Origin: an uncultured Rikenellaceae bacterium
GTDB taxonomy: Bacteria > Bacteroidota > Bacteroidia > Bacteroidales > Rikenellaceae
DNA: 64,000 bases
Assembly (NCBI GenBank): GCA_964368765.1
Contig: CAYJCU010000002.1
Coordinates: 1,310-65,309 of the forward strand
Direction: 5' to 3'
The notes beneath the pieces were generated by a model. The model was not told the origin of the DNA, did not search any database, and saw nothing but the letters and a program-made list of their open reading frames with translations. A program made the translations under genes and the position numbers. Positions 56,432-64,000 of the stretch are shown here, in pieces. The stretch's first letter is position 1. Each line of letters starts with the position of its first letter.

Positions 56432-57640
56432 TTATTTTGTTAGCCATAACTCAGGATTTAGGTTTGTTGTTCCCTTCCATAGTTCAAAGTGCAGTATCTG
56501 CGTTGAGCTATTAATGGTGCCTAGAACCTCTCCTATTTTTACCTCGTCTCCTACCTCTACATCCACTTTAGTAAGACCTGAATAGGTTGTATAATACTCT
56601 CCGTGGCGTATCATTACAGAGTTATTTAATCCCTGAAAAAAGAACACTTTAGTTACTACCCCGTTGAATACCGCCTTAACCTGAGAGTTACGAGATACTT
56701 GATAGTTGAGACCTTTGTTCTCTACAACAAGATTTTTCTGTACTGGATGCGGATGTTTACCAAAACGCTCTACTATAACACCCTTATCGGTAGGGGCAGG
56801 TAGTTTACTCTTAAATTTTGCAAACTCTTTACTCTCGGCAACGTGCAAATTACGTTTTGCCTCGCTCGCCTTACGTAGACGTTCAGCCTCTTTTCTTGCC
56901 TCCTCCGCAACTATCTTCTTTATATTATCTTGCATTTTACGTATATCAGATTGACTCTTTTTTATCTGTGCAGATAGTGAGTTTTTATCCTTACGTATAT
57001 TAGCAAGTGCTCTGTTATAGTTGTTATTCTCTCTGTTTAGGGCGTTCACCTCGCTCTGTGTTGATTGAGTGATTTTATCTAGCTGAGAGCGTTTAGATGA
57101 AAGCGAATCTGTTTCAATAGATATTTGGTTAGCCTTAATATCTAACTGCTGTGACAATTCGAAACGCATATTACTATACTTTTTTATATAGTATATACGC
57201 ATCTGTAAATCGTTAAAATCGGTAGCAGAGAAGAGAAAAAGAAGAGTGTTACTAAACAGATAATTTTTATATGCTAGTACCATCATATCTGAGTACTCAT
57301 CCCTTAAATCAGCCTGCTCTCCCTCTAGTTTTGTGATATTAGATTTATTTGTATTAATCTGCTTAGAGATAATAGAGCTTTGACTCTTTAGTTTTGAAAC
57401 AATAGATTTTCTACTCTCTATCTGCGAACGCAGTAGCGAAATCTGCTGCAAATTAGCCTTCTCCTCACTACCCTTCTCTGATAAAAGTTTCTCAGCACGC
57501 TCTATACTGTTGCGTAATTTAACAATATCGGCCTCAAGAGACTTAATAGATTGGGCATTAACAGTGCCATATATTGCAGAAGTGGCTACCACTAAAAAGA
57601 GGTAGCACACAATCTTCGTTATCTTAAACCTAACGCCCAT
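56432..57640 (-). CDS. Coiled-coil M23/LytM-domain murein hydrolase activator (EnvC-like)
   Basis: 402 aa with a signal peptide, long coiled coil, and a C-terminal LytM-like block (VMIRHGEYYTTYSGL...LHFELW). Confidence 0.7.
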   Translation of the reverse strand: MGVRFKITKIVCYLFLVVATSAIYGTVNAQSIKSLEADIVKLRNSIERAEKLLSEKGSEEKANLQQISLLRSQIESRKSIVSKLKSQSSIISKQINTNKSNITKLEGEQADLRDEYSDMMVLAYKNYLFSNTLLFLFSATDFNDLQMRIYYIKKYSNMRFELSQQLDIKANQISIETDSLSSKRSQLDKITQSTQSEVNALNRENNNYNRALANIRKDKNSLSAQIKKSQSDIRKMQDNIKKIVAEEARKEAERLRKASEAKRNLHVAESKEFAKFKSKLPAPTDKGVIVERFGKHPHPVQKNLVVENKGLNYQVSRNSQVKAVFNGVVTKVFFFQGLNNSVMIRHGEYYTTYSGLTKVDVEVGDEVKIGEVLGTINSSTQILHFELWKGTTNLNPELWLTK

Positions 57641-57649
57641 AATAATATA

Positions 57650-58675
57650 TTAGCATGATTCAAACTGTTGTAAGAAGCGTATATCATTCTCAAAATAAAG
57701 TCTTAAATCTTTAACCTTATATTTAAGCATGGTAATACGTTCAATACCCATACCAAATGCATAACCGTTATACTCTTTGCTATCTATACCGCAAGCCTCT
57801 AACACATTTGGATCAACCATACCGCAACCCATAATCTCTAACCAGCCTGTATATTTACACACATTACAGCCCTTACCTCCGCATAGGTTACACGACACAT
57901 CAACCTCAGCTGAAGGCTCAGTAAATGGGAAGTAAGATGGACGCATACGTATCTCACTACCGCTACCAAACATCTCTTTAGCAAAGTACAGGAGTGTCTG
58001 TTTCATATCTGCAAAAGATACTCCTTTATCTATATATAAACCCTCTACCTGATGGAAAATACAGTGTGCACGATATGAGATAGCCTCATTACGGAATACT
58101 CTACCAGGGCAGATAACTCTAATAGGTGGTTTCTGGCTCTCCATAGTGCGCACCTGTATAGAACTTGTGTGTGTGCGAAGAAGAATATCAGGCATCTTCT
58201 CAATGAAGAATGTATCTTGCATATCACGTGCTGGGTGCTCTGGTGGGAAATTAAGAGCTGAGAATACATGCCAATCATCCTCTATCTCAGGCCCCGTAGC
58301 CGTAGTAAAACCCAGACGCTTAAATATTTCATCTATCTCATTTTTAACTAGTGATATAGGATGACGTGTGCCGATATTATCATTAGAACCCGAGGCTGTC
58401 ATATCCATTGTTGAGCCAGAGGTATCTTCAACACTATCAAGCATCTCTTTAAGATTGTTGATAACTTCTAAAGCAGTGGTTTTCAGCTTGTTAATAGGTT
58501 GTCCAAACTCTCGTTTAGCATCTGGAGCTAGTTGTTTAAACTCATCGAAAAGAGCTGTTATAGCACCTTTCTTACCTAGCATCTTAATTCTAAACTGCTC
58601 TATCTCGTCAAACGTATTTGGTTTAAACGACTCTATTTCAGTTAGTAACGCTTCAATTTTACTCTTCATTTCCAT
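57650..58675 (-). CDS. pheS: Phenylalanine--tRNA ligase alpha subunit
   Basis: 341 aa. FPPEHPARDMQDTFF and class II motifs (GFAFGMGIERITMLKY). Confidence 0.9.
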   Translation of the reverse strand: MEMKSKIEALLTEIESFKPNTFDEIEQFRIKMLGKKGAITALFDEFKQLAPDAKREFGQPINKLKTTALEVINNLKEMLDSVEDTSGSTMDMTASGSNDNIGTRHPISLVKNEIDEIFKRLGFTTATGPEIEDDWHVFSALNFPPEHPARDMQDTFFIEKMPDILLRTHTSSIQVRTMESQKPPIRVICPGRVFRNEAISYRAHCIFHQVEGLYIDKGVSFADMKQTLLYFAKEMFGSGSEIRMRPSYFPFTEPSAEVDVSCNLCGGKGCNVCKYTGWLEIMGCGMVDPNVLEACGIDSKEYNGYAFGMGIERITMLKYKVKDLRLYFENDIRFLQQFESC

Positions 58676-59426
58676 AAATTTTATCTATTTTATTATCTCT
58701 CATCAATTCAATCTCAACTCTCTCTATCACTGCCTCGTTATGTGGCAGAGGTATAGATGCCTTATCAACCTCAAGAGCAGCGATTCTCTTAACCACATCC
58801 ATCCCCTTAACAACATACCCAAAAACAGTATATTTACCATCTAGGTGAGGAGCTCCACCTCCTATTGCACGATAACGCTCTACCAATTCAGGTGTGATAG
58901 TGCCATCCTCTAGCGACCTTTTGATATAACCCTCCATTCTCTCTGTTATAGGAGCATGCACTATATAGAACTGTGTAGGGCTAGAACTCTTTTCGGGGTT
59001 CATATCTCTTGCTGCACCCACCGCTCCGTTGAAGTGGTGTATAGTATCAACAATTTCAGCGGTCACTACCCTACTCTCCTCCTCTGTGTTATATCTTGCA
59101 CGAGCCTCCTCACTTCTATCTCTTGTAAGCGAATCTCCAGCCTGAATAACAAAATCTTTCACCACTCTATGAAATAAAAGATTTGAGTAGAAGCCACTAT
59201 CAGCCACCGCTACAAAGTTATCACGGTGTAGAGGTGTTTCGTTAAGCAGTTTAAAATGAATCTCACCATAATTGGTAACTATTTTAGCTACATAAGATGC
59301 CCCTTTACCTAATTTATTTTGATAATTATTACCAAAAATAAAAAAAGAAATAGTTAAAGTTGATAATATTATCAAAATTATTCCTATTTTTGTACGCATA
59401 GTAGTTAATAATGGTTTATAAATCAT
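58659..59426 (-). CDS. Cyclophilin-type peptidyl-prolyl cis-trans isomerase, membrane-anchored or secreted
   Basis: 255 aa with FHRVVKDFVIQAGD and an N-terminal TM or signal segment. Confidence 0.8.
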   Translation of the reverse strand: MIYKPLLTTMRTKIGIILIILSTLTISFFIFGNNYQNKLGKGASYVAKIVTNYGEIHFKLLNETPLHRDNFVAVADSGFYSNLLFHRVVKDFVIQAGDSLTRDRSEEARARYNTEEESRVVTAEIVDTIHHFNGAVGAARDMNPEKSSSPTQFYIVHAPITERMEGYIKRSLEDGTITPELVERYRAIGGGAPHLDGKYTVFGYVVKGMDVVKRIAALEVDKASIPLPHNEAVIERVEIELMRDNKIDKIYGNEE

Positions 59427-59483
59427 TTATTGGTGCAAAGTTAAAAAAAAATTGTGAAAAAAGCTACATTCTAATTATAAAAA

Positions 59484-61901
59484 GTGAGGCTCAGGGCGGC
59501 GGTTATGCGTAAATTATTATTTCTAGTAATTTTTATTCTCTCTTTGACTAGTGTAAATGGTCAAAGTGTTGGCTTGGTGCTTAGTGGTGGTGGTGCTAAA
59601 GGGTTGTACCATATAGGTGTAATTAAAGCACTTGAAGAGAGTAATATTCCTATCGATTATGTCGCAGGAACATCAATCGGTGCAATAGTAGCTGGTTTCT
59701 ATGCCGCAGGCTACTCTGCCGATGAGATGATAGAGATTGTTACAGAGAATGATGTCTCTCAATGGGTATCTAACAAACTAGATGATAAATATATATACTA
59801 CTATACACAAGACGAGGTTAAACCTACACTTTTTTCGGCTAGGATTAATTTAAGAGGTATCTTTAGAGATAGTAGTGATATTGTATCAACCGATATAGGG
59901 GGTATCACCTCGCCTACGGCTACCGCATTTGTTGATGTAACACTTCCTAGTCTTATACCTGCAACACAATTTGATATAGAGCTGTTGGGGCTCTTCTCTA
60001 AAGCCAATAGCGTTATTAAGGGTAATTTTGATAATCTCTTTGTGCCTTTTGGTTGTGCAGCGGCTGATATTGTTGAGAAGAGGGTTCACTTCTTGCGTAG
60101 TGGCGATTTCTCAGAGGCTATACGTGCCTCTATGGCTATTCCTATTGTATTTAGTCCTGTTATTAAAGATAGTGTGGTGCTTGTTGATGGTGGTGTATAT
60201 AATAACTTTCCATGGCGAGAGATGAGAGAGAGTTTCAACCCTGATTTTATTATTGGTGCTAGATGTGTTGATGCTGCTGGGGTTACTAATCTAAATATAG
60301 CAGGTCAGCTAGAGCTTCTGATAATGCGAGAGACCAATTATGATATGCCATCAGATATGGGTATCGTTATAGGAAGAGGTATTGATGTGGGAACACTTGA
60401 TTTCTCAGATCCTATGCCTACTATTATGAGTGGTTTTTTCGACACTATGAAACAGATAGAAGAGATAAAGGCAAGAGTGCCACGTGAGGTGACCGAGGCA
60501 GAGGTTGCTCGCAAGCGTATAGCTTTTCGCTCTAAGCAGCCTGTTTTATACTTCTCAGGAGAGAGTGTGGAGAGGCTAAATATCATACGTAGCGATAATA
60601 CAGATGGCTCAAAGAGCGATACCTTGACAGTTAATACAGCCATAAGAATAAATAACGAGACAGAGAATAGTGGTACCCCTACGAGATATAGCTACACCTT
60701 TGAGGGTATGAAGCAGGTCTACTATCGCACTGTTATAGATAGAGATATGATACCCACCTTTCCACGTGCTAAGTATAACCCTGTTACGGGTCTTTATGAT
60801 TTAGATGTTAAGATGACAGCTGTTCCAGAATTCAGGATAAATGGGGGGCTTAATATCTCATCATCCACTATCAATCAGGTTTTTCTTGGTTTGGCATATC
60901 AAGATAATAGGGCTGTGCGTGGTAACTATTCGTTAGATGGCTATCTAGGTTCATTCTACAATTCGGCACAGTTTCGTGCTCGACACACATTCTACAATAA
61001 TCTACTACCCTTCTATCTTGAAAACACAATAACATATAACTATTTAGATTATGCTAAGGCTAATAATCAATCCTTTGCCTTTAATTATCAGTCAGACGAG
61101 GGGAACTACTTCTCTAATGAGTTATATTTGAGTTCGTCTTTAGGTTTCAAAATACGCAAGAACGGAAAGGGTGTAATACGTGTTGCTTTGGGGCGTGATG
61201 TGATAAAATTCTCAGATAAGATAATAACTAACGATGTTGTGTATAATGACAGAGCACAACTCTATTATGCAAATATAGGTGCAGTGCTAGACGAGAATAC
61301 ACTCAACTATCAAGCTTATGCCACAAGTGGTAGAAAAATGAGCCTTTCAGGATCGTTCACAATGGCAAATGCGAAGATAACAGAGCCCGCAAAAATAGAT
61401 TTTCCAGAGCGTGATATTTTTACTTCGCAAACACAATGGTTTGGTGTGTCGTATAGTTTAGAGCACTATATAAAACTATCAAAGAGATTCTCTTTAGGCT
61501 ACCTTGTATCTGGAGTATATACCAATATACCCCATTTAGGAGATAACTATGTTAATCGCGCTTATGCTCCACATTTTGCACCTACGGAGTTCTCTAAAAC
61601 GCTATTTTTGTCTGAGTATCAAGATGATTCGTTTTTGGGGGTTGGCGTTATGCCTATACTAGAGTTTTCTGATAAGGTATATATAAAAGGGGGATTATAT
61701 ATGTATAAACCCGATATATTTGAATACAATAAACTAGCTGATAATTTAAAATTTTTATCAGTTGCCGCCATGGTCTACCAATCGCCGTTGGGGCCTATAT
61801 CACTATCGTATAATGGCTTTAGTGATTCGTCGGCTAAGAATGATTATTTTATATTTAGTTTTGGGTATATGTTGTTTAATAAGAGAGGTGTGATATATTA
61901 G
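59484..61901 (+). CDS. Patatin-like phospholipase with a C-terminal outer-membrane beta-barrel-like region
   Basis: 805 aa. GLVLSGGGAKGLYHIGV (oxyanion hole) and GTSIGA (GxSxG). The start is probably M8 (59505). Confidence 0.75.
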   Translation: MRLRAAVMRKLLFLVIFILSLTSVNGQSVGLVLSGGGAKGLYHIGVIKALEESNIPIDYVAGTSIGAIVAGFYAAGYSADEMIEIVTENDVSQWVSNKLDDKYIYYYTQDEVKPTLFSARINLRGIFRDSSDIVSTDIGGITSPTATAFVDVTLPSLIPATQFDIELLGLFSKANSVIKGNFDNLFVPFGCAAADIVEKRVHFLRSGDFSEAIRASMAIPIVFSPVIKDSVVLVDGGVYNNFPWREMRESFNPDFIIGARCVDAAGVTNLNIAGQLELLIMRETNYDMPSDMGIVIGRGIDVGTLDFSDPMPTIMSGFFDTMKQIEEIKARVPREVTEAEVARKRIAFRSKQPVLYFSGESVERLNIIRSDNTDGSKSDTLTVNTAIRINNETENSGTPTRYSYTFEGMKQVYYRTVIDRDMIPTFPRAKYNPVTGLYDLDVKMTAVPEFRINGGLNISSSTINQVFLGLAYQDNRAVRGNYSLDGYLGSFYNSAQFRARHTFYNNLLPFYLENTITYNYLDYAKANNQSFAFNYQSDEGNYFSNELYLSSSLGFKIRKNGKGVIRVALGRDVIKFSDKIITNDVVYNDRAQLYYANIGAVLDENTLNYQAYATSGRKMSLSGSFTMANAKITEPAKIDFPERDIFTSQTQWFGVSYSLEHYIKLSKRFSLGYLVSGVYTNIPHLGDNYVNRAYAPHFAPTEFSKTLFLSEYQDDSFLGVGVMPILEFSDKVYIKGGLYMYKPDIFEYNKLADNLKFLSVAAMVYQSPLGPISLSYNGFSDSSAKNDYFIFSFGYMLFNKRGVIY

Positions 61902-61937
61902 CGTTAATATAAACACTGTTAATTTATAAAAAATATT

Positions 61938-62717
61938 TTGAGTAAGTGTATGAGACAGAGAATTTTAATAGCAAATGATGATGGTATAAACGCAAAAGGA
62001 TTGAGAGCCTTGATAGAGGCAGCCTCGCACTTTGGCGATATAGTGGTGGTTGCCCCAGAGACAGGAATGTCGGGCATGTCGCACGCCATAACAATGAGTA
62101 CACCCATATATCTTCGTACAGTGAGAGAGAGCGAAACTATACGTGTCTACGCTTGCCACGGCACCCCTGCCGACTGTATTAAGGTGGCGGTTGATTATCT
62201 TATGGAAGAGCCACCCACACTTATATTGTCTGGCATAAACCACGGCTCTAACTCTAATATATGCTCTATCTATTCGGGTACAATAGGGGCAGCTATGGAG
62301 GGCTCTATGTATAACATACCATCAATAGGTTTCTCGTTAGAGTCGCACTCAGCTAAGGCCGATTTTACGGCAGCCACTAAGATAGCTCGTAAAATTATAG
62401 AGACAACACTTAATAATGTTAAAGAGGGAGAGTATCTGTGCCTTAATGTAAATATCCCCAATGTGCCCTATGAAGAGGTAAAGGGTATTGTTACCTGCCC
62501 ACAAGCTATGGGGGTATGGAAAGAGAATTTTGTTAAGAATACCAACCCACGTGGTATGGACTATTTCTGGCTTACTGGTGATTTTTATCCATATAACCCT
62601 GAGGATAAAAATGTTGATGTGCACCACCTAGCTAATAACTATGTAACGGTAGTGCCTCTTCAACCCGATATGACAAACCATAAACAGCTTGAAGAGCTTA
62701 AAAATTGGGGTTTTTAG
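61938..62717 (+). CDS. surE: 5'/3'-nucleotidase SurE
   Basis: ILIANDDGINAKGLRAL N-terminal motif. 259 aa; the start may be 61950. Confidence 0.85.
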   Translation: MSKCMRQRILIANDDGINAKGLRALIEAASHFGDIVVVAPETGMSGMSHAITMSTPIYLRTVRESETIRVYACHGTPADCIKVAVDYLMEEPPTLILSGINHGSNSNICSIYSGTIGAAMEGSMYNIPSIGFSLESHSAKADFTAATKIARKIIETTLNNVKEGEYLCLNVNIPNVPYEEVKGIVTCPQAMGVWKENFVKNTNPRGMDYFWLTGDFYPYNPEDKNVDVHHLANNYVTVVPLQPDMTNHKQLEELKNWGF

Positions 62718-63664
62718 GTATGTATAGCTGGGGAGATAACAGACGTTTTAATAGCTATTCAGGTTATTTTAAACGTAAGGTAGGAGAGAGATTACAAAAG
62801 GTTACTATCGACGCTGGTTTTACCTGTCCTAATCGTGATGGGGTGCTAAGCGAAGGTGGTTGCAGTTTCTGTAATAATCGTGCTTTTAACCCCTCATACT
62901 GCACAGCTGAGAAGAGCATAACACAACAGATAAATGAGGGTATTGAGTTTCATGCGCACCGCTACGGTAAGACATCTCGTTTTTTAGCATATTTTCAGGC
63001 ATTTTCTAATACCTATAAACCACTAGAAGAGCTAAAAGAGATATATAGCGAAGCACTATCTCACCCGCTTATAGCAGGCATAGTGATAGGAACTCGCCCC
63101 GATTGTGTTGATAGCGATAAACTAGACTATTTTGCCACACTAACAAAAGAGCACTATGTGATAATAGAGTATGGCATTGAGTCGTGTTATAACACTACCC
63201 TAGCCCGTGTTAATCGTGGTCACACTTTTGAGCAGGCTGTATGGGCAATTAACGAGACACATAAAAGGGGTATTAACTGCGGAGCCCATTTTATTTTGGG
63301 GTTACCAGGTGAGAGCCGTGAGATGATGCTCTCAGGGGTTGATTTAATCAACGAGCTACCTTTAGATACGGTTAAATTTCATCAACTGCAAATATTTAAA
63401 GATAGTGCTATGGAGCTTGAATATAACGAGCACCCTGAAGAGTTTGATTTCTTTGGTCGTGAAGAGTATATAGATTTTTTTATAGAGATACTAACACGCC
63501 TGCGCCCTGATATTGTTGTTGAGAGGTTTGCTGGAGAGTCACCACCCCGTTTTCATGCGGGGCCAGTGTGGGGCTTAACACGCAATAACGAGATGCTGGT
63601 ACTACTTGAAAAACGATTGGCCGAATTAGATACATACCAAGGTAAAGAATACATTAAAAAATAA
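62705..63664 (+). CDS. Radical SAM protein, TIGR01212-like family
   Basis: DAGFTCPNRDG...GGCSFCN cluster motif. 319 aa; the start may be M6 (62720). Confidence 0.75.
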   Translation: MGFLGMYSWGDNRRFNSYSGYFKRKVGERLQKVTIDAGFTCPNRDGVLSEGGCSFCNNRAFNPSYCTAEKSITQQINEGIEFHAHRYGKTSRFLAYFQAFSNTYKPLEELKEIYSEALSHPLIAGIVIGTRPDCVDSDKLDYFATLTKEHYVIIEYGIESCYNTTLARVNRGHTFEQAVWAINETHKRGINCGAHFILGLPGESREMMLSGVDLINELPLDTVKFHQLQIFKDSAMELEYNEHPEEFDFFGREEYIDFFIEILTRLRPDIVVERFAGESPPRFHAGPVWGLTRNNEMLVLLEKRLAELDTYQGKEYIKK

Positions 63665-63669
63665 AAAAT

Positions 63670-64000
63670 ATGAAGAGAATTATTATTTTTGCTGCCATGA
63701 TGATGACAGCACAAGTAACACTAGCCCAAAAAGGCGAAGTTACAAATGACGAGCTTAATATTATTCGTAAATCCTATTCAGAGGATACCCAAACGAAGGC
63801 TTTAAGAAATGCTATCCGCTCAAATAAGAGCCTTAAAGAGCTATCTCTCAATGCAGATGTAGCACATAGTGTTGATCATAACTTTAAATATAAGGTTAAT
63901 TATAACAATACAATAACAAATCAATATCAGAGTGGTAGATGCTGGATGTTTACATCAATGAATGTATTTCGCCCTACTGTGGTTGAGAAATTTAATCTTG
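63670..64000 (+). CDS. pepC: Aminopeptidase C (papain-family C1 cysteine peptidase), 5' part only; runs off the window
   Basis: Own translation from ATG 63670: MKRIIIFAAMMMTAQVTLAQ...NQYQSGRCWMFTSMNVFRP (active-site Cys context). Not on the ORF track because no stop lies in the window. Confidence 0.7.
   Translation, partial: MKRIIIFAAMMMTAQVTLAQKGEVTNDELNIIRKSYSEDTQTKALRNAIRSNKSLKELSLNADVAHSVDHNFKYKVNYNNTITNQYQSGRCWMFTSMNVFRPTVVEKFNL

Overview
AT-rich Bacteroidota (Bacteroidales-like) chromosomal window. Nearly every gene from 1 to 59.4 kb is on the minus strand. Two edge genes are missing from the supplied complete-ORF track; I translated them by hand. They are a fused nuclease/N6-adenine methyltransferase (1..2536, minus) and pepC (63670..64000, plus). 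Layout, left to right: (1) a partial type IIG-like R-M gene. (2) An ECF-sigma/anti-sigma-controlled SusC/SusD locus with no recognisable CAZymes (2.7-12.5 kb). (3) Housekeeping genes: dcp, a second ECF-sigma module, SUI1, a MazG-like gene, dtd and tRNA(CAT). (4) A ~19.1 kb integrative mobilizable element (NBU-like) inserted in the 3' half of the tRNA(CAT) gene, bounded by perfect 45-bp direct repeats (17992..18036 and 37095..37139). It carries a tyrosine integrase, a Schlafen/AlbA_2-like ATPase with a small HTH partner, an excisionase-like HTH, VirE, a Toprim primase and MobC plus relaxase. Its cargo is a complete second ECF-sigma/anti-sigma/SusC/SusD locus with two discoidin-domain lipoproteins. 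(5) A ~14 kb type V pilus-like island (37.6-51.5 kb). It holds a DUF3575/DUF5119/fimbrillin module and three tandem giant paralogous lipoproteins whose C-termini look like the Fibrobacter succinogenes major paralogous (FISUMP) domain. (6) A 260-bp MITE-like element with terminal inverted repeats and an 8-bp flanking duplication, plus a solo copy of one of its internal modules 2 kb away. (7) Housekeeping genes: nadA, mntP, mnmG, ybeY, an M23 peptidase, pheS, a cyclophilin, a patatin-like protein, surE, a radical SAM protein and pepC. No CRISPR array, rRNA or transposase gene was seen. The best candidates for something new are the PUL-carrying mobilizable element, the FISUMP-tipped pilus-like cluster, and the integrase-proximal Schlafen-like two-gene module. 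All family assignments come from motif recognition by eye, not from database searches.
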